Origin: Eledone cirrhosa
Lineage: Eukaryota
DNA length: 64,000 nucleotides
Reading direction: 5' to 3'
Assembly: GCA_964016885.1 (NCBI GenBank)
Contig: OZ024749.1
Coordinates: 3,782,001-3,846,000 of the forward strand
Under the pieces are notes generated by a model that made no database searches, had not been told where the DNA came from, and saw only the letters and a program-made list of their open reading frames with translations. This document shows positions 47,787 to 61,356 of the stretch, in pieces. The position numbers were made by a program, and so were the translations under genes. The stretch's first letter is position 1, and the number at the start of each line of letters is the position of its first letter.

Positions 47787-48134
47787 AATATATATATATA
47801 TAAATATATATATATATAAAAAAAAAATCAACTGTAATGTATGTATGCATGTATTTATGTGTTAATATGAGCGGGGATATGCAAGTAAATCTTACTTTGT
47901 GGACAGCTGCCTCTTAGCATAATATTCATGCTAGAACAGCATATATTTGAAAGTTTTCAGGGAGTTGAATTACTGATTTTGGATCGGCAGCTTTAGCTTT
48001 GAAAAAAAGGAATGTGCAGTGTAAACATTTTTTATTATTCGTCCGGGGATGAATCTTCTCTGCCTGTTTGCATCTCTTTCTTTCTCTCTGGATGAAATCA
48101 GCCGTAGTAAGCCCTGAAAAAATGGTTAGATACA

Positions 48135-48317
48135 CCATGACGTACCGTGCATCAGGGTGGAGTTGAAAAGCAGACTCAGAACATGGCTTGGTGTGGGGGT
48201 GGCTCGCAGCCCAATGTTCCAGGGGGAGCAAAAGAAGAAGAAGAAGAAGAAGAAGAAGAAGAAGAAGAAGAAGAAGAAGAAGAAGAAGAAGAAGAAGAAG
48301 AAGAAGAAGAAGAAGAA
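48135..48317 (+). mobile_element. Probable RTE-type LINE 3' end with (GAA)n tail
   Basis: ..cagaacatggcttggtg..gcccaatgttccaggggg directly followed by a long (GAA)n tract. Confidence 0.55.
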
Positions 48318-48629
48318 GGTGTGAGCAAATATGTAGGTTGTGTCTTAAATTGAAGGTTTAGTAGAAACAATTCATGTATAGTTTTGTACTTTGCTTTTTG
48401 TCATTCATATATAAACAAATCTACTATATGAATTGGAAATGGTCGGACGTTGGATATTTAGGTGTTTGTCGGATAAACGTCGAAACGGCTTGGTGGAATG
48501 CAGCGAAAATTTACACAATTATGAAGAATGACCCGAGGAGGCGTTGGGTCGAGTCTCAAGCTACAAGCTTCCATGGTTACGGAGAAAATCGATGAAACAG
48601 GAATTTTTCATTCAAATTGAACTGAGAGT

Positions 48630-48850
48630 AATCTGTGAAAGCAGAAATAAATATTTTGAGAAACGTTGCAACCGAACGAAGACAGGAAGACGATATTTTG
48701 GTTCGTGAAGACGTTCCCTGGCAATGAACGGGAAAAAAAGCGAGGATAATACGTTGTTATGTGGATCGTAAAGAACGATTTCATGCAAATACAAGACCAA
48801 GTTTATTGTATGAATTGAGTCGTTAGACTAATATTCTATTTAAAATAACA
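48630..48850 (-). mobile_element. Internal fragment of the 26320-type PLE 3' UTR
   Basis: aaacgttgcaaccg..gaagacaggaagacgata.tttggttcgtg..acgttccctggcaa is shared with 26425-26500 and 45095-45160. Confidence 0.8.
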
Positions 48851-49239
48851 GAATGATTTCCAGCCTCGGAGTTTAAGAATAATGTAAGTAAAATTGAAAA
48901 CGAAAATGACAGAGGTTATAAAAATAGTAAAAGTAAATAGTGAAGATTTAGGCCAGTACATACGTATACCCCGATGGACATACACATAGATACACACACT
49001 CAAGTACATACACATCCACACACACACATACACACACATACACCCACACACACACCCACAAACACACACACACACACACGAACGCACGCCAGTATGTATA
49101 AATCTTATGCATTTCTACAGTATTTTCACCAAACTTAAGACATAGGTTACTTATGTACTCCGGATGGTCATGGGTACTGTCATTTTTCCAGATATTGATT
49201 ATAGAGCCACGGCAGATAACCCCTTTAACCACTTTATCC

Positions 49240-49534
49240 ATTTCCTTGGAGTCGACTGAAGCACCGCAGTGCAATGCAACAAAACGTCATAAGTTCTGGA
49301 GTTCACAACCGATTTTCACAAAACTTGACACATGGGCTACGTTTGTCTTACAGATGAATGTGAACTCTCAGAATTGGCACTATTGGGGAGGGAACCCCTG
49401 GGGGCAGGAACACCCTTTTGGAAAATGCCGATGATTTTGTAAAAGTATAGTTTTCGAAGTAGCACTGAAGTATTGACATAAATGGTATACACAACTACTA
49501 TTTAATATCCCAGCAACGCCGGGTACCTCTGCTA
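49240..49534 (+). mobile_element. Non-autonomous Helitron-like fragment
   Basis: 3' end cccagcaacgccgggtacctctgCTAG-t (hairpin plus CTAG), the same terminus as at 52657-52690. Confidence 0.7.
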
Positions 49535-49657
49535 GTATATATATATAAAGAATGAATAATAACAGGTAGACAACATAAAAAAGTAATTTATTCCGTGTGC
49601 TCACAAATGTTTCCACGGTGGTTATACAGCCTAGTTATGCTATAACCTAATAATATG

Positions 49658-49750
<93 letters not shown>

Positions 49751-49772
49751 TATGTATATATAAATATATATA

Positions 49773-49881
<109 letters not shown>

Positions 49882-49899
49882 TTATATATAGAGAGAGAG

Positions 49900-50090
49900 G
49901 GGGTTAGGACACTGTAAGGTAATATGCGTAGTGTTAGAGCACTTAATCCATGGGACAAGTAGGTAGAAGTGGCAATGCAACAGTTAGTTGACCATACCGA
50001 GAACAATTGTCTCTCCTTAGCGGATCTTCACGACCAGTACGAGCTGAAGATCCGCTAAGGTGGAACAATCGTGCACGGTATGGTGAACTA
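49900..50090. mobile_element. Short fold-back pair of PLE-like 3' ends with decayed minimal hammerheads
   Basis: Arms at 49985-50030 and 50045-50090. Plus strand gag-CUGAAGA-ucc(gcuaa)ggu-GGAA-caaucg. Minus strand UGAAGA-ucc(gcuaa)gga-GAGA-caauug-UU-cuc. Confidence 0.7.
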
Positions 50091-50104
50091 GTTTTTGTGT
50101 TATC

Positions 50105-50148
<44 letters not shown>

Positions 50149-50371
50149 GTCAGTACTCATCTTTTTCCATTTATCCGAGGCTTCTTAACCCCACTATCAG
50201 GCTAAATAATTTCTTTAATTTCTTTAGTCAAAATACGACGATAGCTTACATTTCTAGTATATATATATATATTTATATATATATACACGCATATACGTGT
50301 GTGTGCGTGTATATATATATATATATATATATAATTTTAATCCCGCTCGCTTTTTCAAAATTATTCTTAAT

Positions 50372-50453
<82 letters not shown>

Positions 50454-50456
<3 letters not shown>

Positions 50457-51020
50457 CCAGAGGGGATCACTAATGTATGCAGGAAGCCGCAGCATTTGGT
50501 TGAGGGCTTCCTGTATTTGAGAGCAAAGATTGGGAATACGGAAGATGATGTGGTCGTGAGGAATAGCAAAGCCAGGGCAGCGTGCCACAGCTTGAGATCG
50601 GTGTGGAAGTCGGACCTTCGTAAAGACCAGAAAATCTGCCTCTGCATTGCTGTAGTGGAGTCTGTGCTGCTGTACAGGTCTGAGATTTAGACACTGACCA
50701 AGAAACTCACTCAGATGGTGGATGGGTGCTACACGAGAATGCTGAGGATGGCTCTGAACATTAATCAGTATACACTGAGGATGAAATACTCATATATGTA
50801 TGTGAGAATCCCAAAAGTCAGCTCAAAAGTGACACAGAGGAGACTGAGGTTAGCTGGACATGCTCACCGACATCCAGAGTTGACATTGCACTCAGTGCTC
50901 ATCCCTACATGGACATACTAGAAGGGGAAGACCAAGGTTAATGTATGTTGATGCCCTAAGGACAGACACTGGTCTGTTGGAGATGCAGGACATGGCAGCG
51001 ATAATGAGGGATAGAGATCT
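50454..51020 (+). pseudogene. RTE-clade LINE RT C-terminal fragment
   Basis: [74 protein letters not shown]. Confidence 0.93.
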
Positions 51021-51259
51021 CGGGAATTTTACCCGCCTTAGATATATATATATATATATATTATAAATATATATACAACTATATATATATATGGATCTCG
51101 GGAATTTTACCCGCCTTAGATATATATATATATATATATATTATAAATATATATACAACTATATATATATATATAGATATATCGATCGGCTTTAGTCAAA
51201 TCGGACCGAGGAAACAATGTTTCCATTGGTCTTTCCAGTTGCTAATACTATCTATCGGT

Positions 51260-51394
51260 CACAACTCCAGGTAGAAGGAACAACGTGAAATAAAGTGTCT
51301 TGCTCAAGGACATAACGCATAGCCCGGTCCAGTAATCGAACTGACGACCTCACGATTGTGAATCAAATTCTCTAACAACTCAGCCACAAGCCTT

Positions 51395-51398
<4 letters not shown>
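51260..51398 (-). mobile_element. tRNA-derived SINE family 2 (CORE-like body)
   Basis: Reverse complement: tggctgagttgttag..gttcgatt..tgtccttgagcaagacacttt. Confidence 0.8.
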
Positions 51399-51443
<45 letters not shown>

Positions 51444-51604
51444 GTTTGAGGTTCACCACTGGGTAGTGTTGGTCAATTCCGTATGGTCAATCGCAATGTA
51501 ATAATATAGAGAGTACTCAACGTAAAGCAGTTCAACCGTCTTTGTATAATACACCTTTCAAGGATTTACACAAATCCGGCCTCCTGTCATTTCATAATTA
51601 TATA

Positions 51605-51675
<71 letters not shown>

Positions 51676-51729
51676 ATATATATATACGTATATATATATA
51701 TGTATATATGTACATATATATATTTTATA

Positions 51730-51862
<133 letters not shown>

Positions 51863-52314
51863 CTGCCTAGCCTATCCATACTGCCGTTTAGTACACACGA
51901 CTGACTATTTCTGATACGCCAATGGATTATTGTGAATTAAATCAAAATCTAACGACATATTTTTAAAGGGATTTTCTATTATTGTCCAATGAGGAATTAA
52001 AATACTAAATGGTAGCAACGATTACACGTTGATTTATTGTAAAATGTCTATGGTAGAGAACTAACACGTAGACGTACTTGAAAGCTTTCAATATTTATGG
52101 TAGAGAATAGCTCCTATAAATTATTGAATTGCAGAGCTACTAAATTCCATACTAACTCTCTGTCTTATCCGTGAGGGTCATCTTAATAAAGAAATGTTTC
52201 AAATGGAATGGACGTTCGTCGATGTTGACGATGAGCGCTTCATTGTTCGATCAACGGAAGTATTGATGAAATAAACCCGTTAGATAAATTTAATCGTGAG
52301 TGAATAATAATAAT

Positions 52315-52620
52315 TGGATTGGCAGTATCGGTAGAAGGGCAGATGCCTTGCTTTGCACCATATAGTTACGCTCCTTTACGCTCTGAGTTCAAATCACGCC
52401 GAGGTTAACTTTGCCTTTCATCCTTATGGGGTAGATAACATAATTGTTTCTACTTTTGGCACAAGGCCAGCAATTATCCCGGTGTATTACTGGTGCCTTA
52501 TTTTATCGACCCCGTAGGGATGAAAGGCAAAGTTACCTTCGGTGGAATTTGAACTGAGACTATAAAAGGCTGTAACTCTTGGCTGCGTCCTACCCTCTAC
52601 CGATACTGCCAATCCACTGT
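52315..52620. mobile_element. Two family 1 SINEs tail to tail (52315-52440 on +, 52443-52620 on -)
   Basis: tggattggcagtatcggtaga at the left end and tctaccgatactgccaatcca at the right end. Confidence 0.85.
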
Positions 52621-52656
52621 CCATTGGAAACAATTAAAATAATATCACTATATTAT

Positions 52657-53617
52657 TAACTAGCAGATTTACCCGGCGTTGCTCGGGATTTGAAATTATG
52701 CTAAGAATATACAGCTAGGAAGTAAAAGAAGAACATTATTTGTCCCCAACCTGTCAAAATAAGCAGAAGTCTTCAATAATTAATGCAAACGAATGTTTAG
52801 TCCAATCTTTGTACACATAAAACTATGCTGATAATGAAGGAACACACTGAACAGGATGTAGTTATATAAATGATTAAATACAATACATGTTGCAAATCTG
52901 TAAAAAAAAAAAAAGTTTTGCTAAAGTAAAAAAGGTTGTAATGAAAGCAAAGTTGTATACAAACAAACAAAAAGACCAATGATAGTAGATTAAGAGAAAA
53001 TCTATTCTTTGAGAGCATCCTTTGCTGTGTATGGTTAAATTTTGAACTTATAATCCAAAATATCCTACATGACATATTCATTGGTATGCTTTGTAATGAA
53101 TAAGGTGAAGTCAAGGCAGAGCTGTAATAAGTTTTATTGTTAACACTAAAGCACTTCAGGATAGACGATATTCTTCGGGTTTCTTTCGGAACAAACGCAA
53201 AGAGATTATATCGACTGCCAACTCGTGACCAGGCAACGTAGAATTGTCCGTGCGAAAAGCAAGGTTCATCCAAGTGAATTCCAGCGACGGACAGAATTTG
53301 ATCTTGCGACTTGTTTATGGACATCGCAAAGGCGACACGAAGGGGAAATTGGGTTCGGCGAAAGTAGAAGGGAGTATCCACGCCTGATGTAGTTAGGCTA
53401 ATTTTTGTTATTATCACATTCTCGCCTTTTCCACATCCGGATAGAATGGTAGCGTCAATACTAAGTGGAGACAGTTTTTTAACCACAAGGCGTGTACCAT
53501 TGCATAGTTTTGGAGGAGTGATATTTCTCAGCACACACCCCATAACATCACTGCAATCCCGTATGTCTTGCAAAGTCTGTCTAGTGCCTCAAGAGCACCT
53601 TTGTGCGACATTGTGCA
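52657..53617 (-). mobile_element. Helitron 3' portion with internally deleted Pif1-type helicase and intact 3' terminus
   Basis: CTMSHKGALEALDR..LQDIR fused to LRNITPPKLCNGTRL..RRTQFPLRVAFAMSINKSQ..CFSHGQFYVAWSRV. The 3' end is cccgagcaacgccgggtaaatctgCTAG. Confidence 0.93.
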
Positions 53618-53620
53618 ATA

Positions 53621-53975
53621 TATAATTATAAGTGATACCCCATGAACACCCACCCCTAGTATAACCACCCTCAACTGCTATAACATTATAAGCAGTTTAA
53701 AGTAATTACCCCAAAAGTAGGTGCCCATGGGGATATTTCTAGGGTATAAATTATAGACAGATGGAATGATTTGTGTTGAGATAGGGTGGATCAGAGAGTG
53801 TGGAGTTGTGGTGTAAGGTGTGCCCTTGAGGTGTAGTGTAAGAAGTGGTGATGGGTTCATGTCTGACATTGTTATATATTGCGTTAACAGTTTTAAAAGG
53901 AGTGTCGGAAGCGGTGCTGGCACGGCGCAAACACTTCCGATTGTGGGTGTTCATGGGGTATCACTTATAATTATA
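53621..53975. repeat. Perfect 33-bp inverted repeats enclosing 289 bp
   Basis: tataattataagtgataccccatgaacacccac at 53621-53653 and its reverse complement at 53943-53975. Confidence 0.93.
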
Positions 53976-55509
53976 CAATGCAGTCTATGTAAGCTTTAAA
54001 CACCTGATTCGACAATGAATTATCTATGCAAATGTATTTTTATGTATGGAGTGATAACATTGGATATATATCAGATTAATTTATTAACATAAGAGATCTG
54101 TATAACCTACATATTGAGTGACTTGAATTGAATTATATATGAATGGTAAGTGAGTTATATATGCAGGTACAACTTGATGGATAGATTAATGACATTGTAA
54201 CTGAGGGATGTTTTTGTCTGCCATAGAGATGTATTTGGCTTTGCCATGCAGACAGCCATACGCTGCTCCAGAACTTACCAGGGTTTATGTAGGCATAGTA
54301 CTAATAGGTCCCCTGACATGTTCTTTGAGTAGACTACATTTGCAGAGAACTTTGATATAAAGATGTGACTCTTTGTATGGAATATTCAGTTGTAGTAATA
54401 TATGATAGGGAGTAATCATCCTAATATAAATACCTTTAGTACATCATGATAGAGTACACGGGGTTTAAAATTGGAAACTGAATATAAATATATAACCGTC
54501 TATATAAGGGACTCAATTGAGACACCTTATAATGTAAGTTAGAACAGTAATTTAGTTATGGAAATCAGCTAGTTACCTCCCTTTACGCATTAACCCCCCT
54601 TAATTACACACATACTTCCGGATAATAAACCGATGTAAATTCTCGCAGCAGAAACAACCTACTCTATAAAATTGGATTAAAGAAAACTGAGCCACAACAA
54701 GCTATAATAACTTAATTTAATTTAATGCATCAAACATCCAATACGGAAGCATCGTTAATTATGTGATGGATGTATAAACTATATATTATATTTCCTGAAT
54801 GTGAAAATGGTGGTGGATACGAAAACGATAACTCTCTTCTGTTTCTCCTTGCTATTTCTATTTCTCTACACAAATACCTTCTTATTATATACAAAAAAAT
54901 ACATTACCACTGCAACCTCCATAATACTCTTACTTACCCACGTAAAGTGCTTGTATTACATGTAACACTCTGCCACACAATAATCATATATGAATGAGAC
55001 ACACGTAACTAACGCATACAATAACTACTACATCTGACTAACAAACTATCCTCTTGCATTATATATGATAACTGCCGAATGTATTTTAATTTTGTTTTAA
55101 TTTTGTTTTAATTTTGGTTTAATTTTGATATTGATTTTGACTGTACATCAATATATACATATGTATCTGTATGTCTCTTGCGTTAGAAAGGAGGTGAATC
55201 CCGTGTACAAACATTGAAAAATGCTCCGAAGGCCCCAAACCTAGGTTTGGATGAAACAATTGTAAGTGAATAAATGCTTTGAACATAGCTTTGATTGTTG
55301 TGAATTCTATATAACTGCTCTGTAGAACAACTGATGTTATTACATTGAGCTATTTATCTTACTGGTAATAAGGTAGTATTAAATTACTGACCTTCACTGT
55401 TTAGGGTTTAAAATATATATAACTATAAACGGTTTTAATATATACATAACCATAAATAGTATCCTTAATATTATATATATATATATATATAAATATATAT
55501 ATACACATG

Positions 55510-55553
<44 letters not shown>

Positions 55554-56183
55554 TACACACATACCTATATATATACAGACATAGACACGTCCATACATAC
55601 ATATATGCTTGATTGCATGCTTGTCAGCGATTCTATCGGAGTCTAGTTTTATAATTCTTATTTTTACTTCTGTGAAAATAGCATCATATATCTGTATATG
55701 ATGTATGACGTAGCGGTTCAAAAAACCATATGTCGATAAAATATATACCATACTTTAAAACCAGTAATATGGACAACATGATCAGTTTTCAACGTAGTTA
55801 CACGATTTGGTCGAAACTCAACGACTGTGAAAAAATTGAACTGTGATGTATTGTATTACATTAATTCTTCTAAACCTTCTATACAAAATCAGGTACGTTT
55901 TTATTTTCAAGGTTTTATCTAAAATAATGAAACCCATCAATTCCCACTTAGATCCAGGAGTCATGAAAAATTGACGAAAATATAGGTACATCATCGTCAT
56001 GTACGCCATGTCGCGAGCATTTAAATTTGGTGAAGACCATTCTTCTAAAGATAAGAACAGAGCTAGGGTTTTTTCCGAGGGAAGGGGCGAGAAAATGAGT
56101 TTGAGAGAATGTGTGAGAAATGGTAAGGTACAAAAGAGAGCATGAGAGGAAGAGTGATATAAAATAAGCGGGAAAGGCATAAA

Positions 56184-56330
56184 TGTACTTTATTTTTCGA
56201 CCTCGAAAGGATTAAAAGCAAAGTAGACATGGATGAGATTTGAACTCACTGTGCAAGGAGACATAACACATGCCCCCAAACGTTCTATCCGATAATGTAT
56301 TCCTAACCTCTCTGTCGACTCGGCGTAAAT
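56184..56330 (-). mobile_element. tRNA-derived SINE family 1, diverged
   Basis: gtactttatttttcgacctcgaaagg..gagatttgaactc. Confidence 0.7.
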
Positions 56331-56360
56331 GATCTGATTCTACTTGAAGCTATATATATC

Positions 56361-56690
56361 TGTGGATGCGCATGGCTTAGTGGTTAGAGCATTAGGCTTG
56401 CAATTTAGAGGTTGTGAGTCCGATTCTTGAACCGGGTGATGCGTTGTGTCGTTTAGCACGACACTTTATTTAACGTTGCTCCAGTTTACTCAGTTACAGA
56501 GATGTTTTGCGACGTCACTGGTGCCAAAAACTGTATCGGTCATTGCCTTTCTCTTGGACAAAATCAGGGGCGTGGAGAGGGGAGACCGGTATGCACGGGG
56601 GACTATTCGTCTCCCACAAAAGAAACTTTGCCCAGTCTTGTGCCTCAGAGGAAACATTCTAGCTGCAAAACTATGGTCATTTGTGACCGA
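56361..56690 (+). mobile_element. tRNA-derived SINE family 2
   Basis: tggcttagtggttagagc A-box, tgcgttgtgtc..gacactttattt body shared with 51260-51398. Confidence 0.75.
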
Positions 56691-57446
56691 GTGTGGTCTC
56701 TCTCTCTCTCTATATATATATATATCTGAAATATCTCAAGATGATGCTCTTTTCAAGAATATCGAGCTACAGATTATATGAGAAATAGAAACAGCGTTTG
56801 AAATATATGTATATTTTTCCAAAGAGGGTGTTTTTGTCTTAAATGCGGTATAACATAAAAATTCTCTGAGTTAAGATTTTTCTCTTCGTTTGAGTGACTT
56901 TCCTAAAAGATACACGTAGTTAGAATGGTTTTATGGGAGACCTCAATCTTGAGGCGGAAATATTAAAGGCAGATCACCTGTTAAATCCAGTCATATGCAT
57001 TAGATTCGGCTTGAAAATTATATTATTGGTATATATGTCTATAGAAGAGGATTTGTAGTAGTATCATGTTAGTGGCCTGGCAGAATACCTGGTATTTTCT
57101 GCAATGTTTCTCTCCTCACGAGTCAGGTCCCTGTAAACAAATTTACATTCTTATAATGTTTTTTCAATAATAATTATATCAGCTATTGTAGCCTGTAATT
57201 CGGGGTCTTCTTCTATTGGTAAATCCCAAAGTATCATGAACTTGTCAATTTTCCTGACACTGTTGGCTTGAAGATGATAAAACCATTGTTGTCACTTCAA
57301 ACCATTGTTGTCGTAAGAGGTCGCAGTGTACAACCCTAGCTATACAAACATTGTGACACTTAAAGTATTGTCTTGTCAAGCAACTGCACACTATTACTTT
57401 ATGGGTTAGTGAATTTTCTGGTCATGTGTCTATAGAAGAAAGCATT

Positions 57447-57660
57447 CAGTGGATTGCCAGCATTGGTAGAGTATCGGACAACAAGCGTAATTGCATAGAG
57501 TTACGTTCCTTTAAGTTCTGAGTTCAAATAAGGCCGAGGTTAGCTTTGCCTTTAATCCTTACGAGGTCGATAAAATAAAGCACTAGTAACGCACTGGCGT
57601 CGATTTAATCGAATTTACTCTCCCTCCGATTTGCTGGCCTTGTGTCTGAAGTAGAATCCT
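57447..57660 (+). mobile_element. tRNA-derived SINE family 1, with a partial related head at 57738-57830
   Basis: gagttcaaat..ctttgcctttaatccttacgaggtcgataaaataaag..gctggccttgtg. Confidence 0.85.
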
Positions 57661-58026
57661 TTATTCATTTCTTTATTCCTAACTGCATAAAGAATAGAAC
57701 ATATAGGTTTGTGAATGCTATTAGACACTATTACTAGAGGCGGCGAATTGGCAAAGTCGTTAGAAGGTGGGGTGACATGCGTTGTGGTATTTATTCCGTC
57801 TCTCTGTGCTCTATGAGTTCAAATCCCGATAAAAGGTTGATACTGGTGTCAATTCTTCCTCTATATTCCTTTCCTACTTCCATTCCCATACTTTCTCTGG
57901 AAAAAATCAACTGAATTGACCTGGCGAGTGATGAAAATGCCTTGGCAACGCCTTACGGCAATAACACGTGCCACTCCATCATGTTTACACTAGATCGCAA
58001 ATATCTTTGAACATCGGATTGCTGTC

Positions 58027-58081
<55 letters not shown>

Positions 58082-58310
58082 GCTCTTTCACAATTTCACG
58101 CCCAAAAATCTCATTCCCTTCCGATTATCTCTCTCTCTCTCCCTCCTGACTATCTCTCTCTGGACTCTCTCACACTCCCGACACTCTCTCTCTCCGTCCC
58201 GACTCTTGCTCTACTTTCTCTCTCCTTCTCAACTCTCTCTCTCACTCTTCCTCGCTCCCTCACGACTCTCTTTCTCCCACACACTCATTCTCTCCCACTC
58301 TCTCTCCCCG

Positions 58311-58383
<73 letters not shown>

Positions 58384-58974
58384 CCCCCTCTCTCCTTCGT
58401 GACTCTCTCTCTCCCTCACGGCTTTCTCTCTCATTTTCCCTCTCTCCCTCGCGAACCTCTCTCTCTCAACCGCGCAACGCCGTTCTTTATCTTGAAGTAG
58501 TAGAGTACAGCTATGTTTACGCTTACAGAAAGACGGGCTCCACCAGATGTAAATGTCGCACAATATGTGCACAAACAGAGTAAATGAAAAATAAATAAAT
58601 GATTGTTATTGTTGATTCTGTTGTAAATCTTTGATGTTGTAAATTGCTATTTCTATAATAATATAATTTTTTTACTATCTCTTACCATCATGACGATAAT
58701 TAAAGTTAATTTGTCTTTCCTTTCGTCAAGTAATGTTTGTCTCCGTATTGGTGTGAACACACGTTTATGGTGTGTTTTTGTGTGTGTACCTACTTTTATG
58801 TGTATGTGTGTAAATGAGTGTATATGTTTGTATATGTTTGAATGTAGGTTTGTGTACACTTATATATGTGTTCGTAGTGTTTTGTGGTGCGGTTCTCTGC
58901 GTATATACGTGTGTATGTATATATATATATGTATGCACACACACACACACACACACACTCAACCACACACACAC

Positions 58975-59037
<63 letters not shown>

Positions 59038-59166
59038 GAAGTTATATTTAATTTGTTGGGATACAACAAGCAAATATTTTTATGACTGATATAAAGCACT
59101 CAACAAATTTTTGGAGTAAAAATATAATATATTAACAAATGGAAACTATGTATATAAAACCATATT

Positions 59167-59231
59167 TATTTCATTACACATATTTCAAGGACACCAAACC
59201 AAATTATGGTGCGCTTTCATCAGATATAATA
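59167..59231 (-). ncRNA. Type I hammerhead ribozyme motif (antisense arm)
   Basis: Reverse complement: uau-CUGAUGA-aagcgcacca(loop)ugguguccuu-GAAA-uaugug-UA-augaaaua. Confidence 0.7.
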
Positions 59232-59318
59232 TAATATAGATCAGTTTTATAAACAAATATTGACATAACCTTAAATAATGCAACCACGTCGGTTGGAAGC
59301 TCCCGGGAGTTTATATTA

Positions 59319-59383
59319 TATTTTATCTGATGAAAGCGCACCATAATTTGCTTTGGTGTCCTTGAAATATGTATAATGAAATA
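59319..59383 (+). ncRNA. Type I hammerhead ribozyme motif
   Basis: uauuuuau-CUGAUGA-aagcgcacca(10 nt)ugguguccuu-GAAA-uaugua-UA-augaaaua, with an 8-bp stem I. Confidence 0.8.
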
Positions 59384-59433
59384 AGTATGATTTTATAAAT
59401 ATAGTTTCCATTTGTTAATATATTGTATATATA

Positions 59434-59514
<81 letters not shown>

Positions 59515-61356
59515 GAAGGGGTATTTAATTTGTTGGAAGTCCGACAAATATAAAAGTTTATAACTATATATATATATATATATATGTGTGTGTATTAAGT
59601 TTCTTTATTTGTGCATGTTTCCATATTTATGTGTGTCTCTTATTGTATGTGTGTGTGTGGTAAACTGTGTCTCCGTGTGTGTCTGTGTGTGTGTGTATAT
59701 GTATGTGTATGGGTATCTGAATGTGTATGTGTATGTGCCTCTGTGCGTATATGTGTGTGTCTGTCTGTCTGCTGTGTGTTATTTTATTTGCAATCGTGTG
59801 TGTTTGTGTCAGTGCCACTGTATATTTGTTTCCTCTGGTCTGCACTAATCTTTCAAAAGAAATATTACCAGCCAACCATGCCCAACCCAAGCCAACCACT
59901 TTCTCTCCTAAGGCAATTCACAGAGATAGCTTTCTATTGTGAAATTGCCTTCTTATTGCCTCTCGATATCTTTTCCTGCTTCATTTGTTTATTTACGTTC
60001 TTTCTAGTATTCTTTAATTATATTTTCATTTTATTCATGTCTTCCTTTTTTTTATCGTCCTCCTTCAGTTTTTATCTCCATTTTCTTTCAATTGTTTTAT
60101 TTGTCTTTTTTTATTCTGTTTCTTTCAGTTTGTCTTGTCTGTCATTACGATTAGCCACTATTCAAAATGATTAGTCTTTCAGTCGATATAAATATTAACC
60201 AAACCCAATAGGACGCGTTATTGCCATGTTTTCTTTATTTCCATTTATCACCAAAATTACAACAAACAAAATACACAACAAATAAAGACAACAGAGCAAA
60301 CAATTACAAATAATCAAACGAAATATAATAATAATAAAATACTAAGCAAAATAAAACAAATTTCGTTCAGCTTTTCCTAAGTATTCATCCTTTAAATCCT
60401 GATGGAGTCGTAGAGACGAACCCCATCCCCCTTGACACAATAGACCATCCCTGGGGAACTGGGGAAACACAACTGAGGTCGTTCAGGGGTAGAAGGAAAG
60501 AGTGAAATATAGATATATATATAGAGAGAGAGAGGGGGAGAGCGATACGGAGAGAGAGATGGGGATAGAGAGGAAGAGAGAGTGGGATGAAGAATTGATC
60601 CCAGCACATAAATAAACACATACATACACACATACATACATACATACATACAACCATACATACATACAACCATACATACATACAACCATAAATACATACA
60701 TACATACATACATACATACACACATCCATAAATACATGCATACAACCATACATAAATACACACATACATACACACATACATACATACATGCATACATCCA
60801 TACATACATACATACATACATACATACATACATACATACATACATACATACATACATACATACATACATACATACATACATACATACATACATACATACG
60901 TGGTGGCTGCAAACTCTGCTAAGAGTATTGCAATCGATTGTCAGATTACAGAAAATGGTGTACCTTTCGGCTACTGCCAGCCACATAAACCTGTAACATA
61001 TCCTGAACAAGTAATACATGTGCTTTGAAGGTCTTTTTAAAGTGGTGAAAGGCCTTGCACTCGACCAATCCCACTCTCCGAGCATCGAAAAGACTACTCG
61101 AATAGGAGGACTAGTCAACATCAATGGATGTTTCCAAAGCCGCAGGTTTATTTTTCAGAGTTTCCCTCTCTTAGAAAGGTGTTGTGACGACAACTGGGGG
61201 CTTTTTACTCCCAATTAAAAAAAAAAGAAAAGATATTATTTGGATGCCCATTGACTCTGCTGAGTTCCTCCACCGATCGCCGTGTCTTGTATTTCTTCCC
61301 GCAGGGTATCCAGATATCACCCTCCTAATCCAAGCAAGCATACATACATACATATA

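Larger units (their letters stand above)
59035..59422. mobile_element. Second fold-back hammerhead element homologous to 22519-22985, in opposite orientation
   Basis: Inverted arms at about 59127-59235 and 59312-59422. The tail at 59035-59120 matches the reverse complement of 22895-22985. TA tracts on both sides. Confidence 0.85.

Noticed and set aside
51016-51175. Exact 78-bp tandem duplication
   Set aside because: Identical copies made mostly of TA repeat, likely slippage or an assembly overlap.
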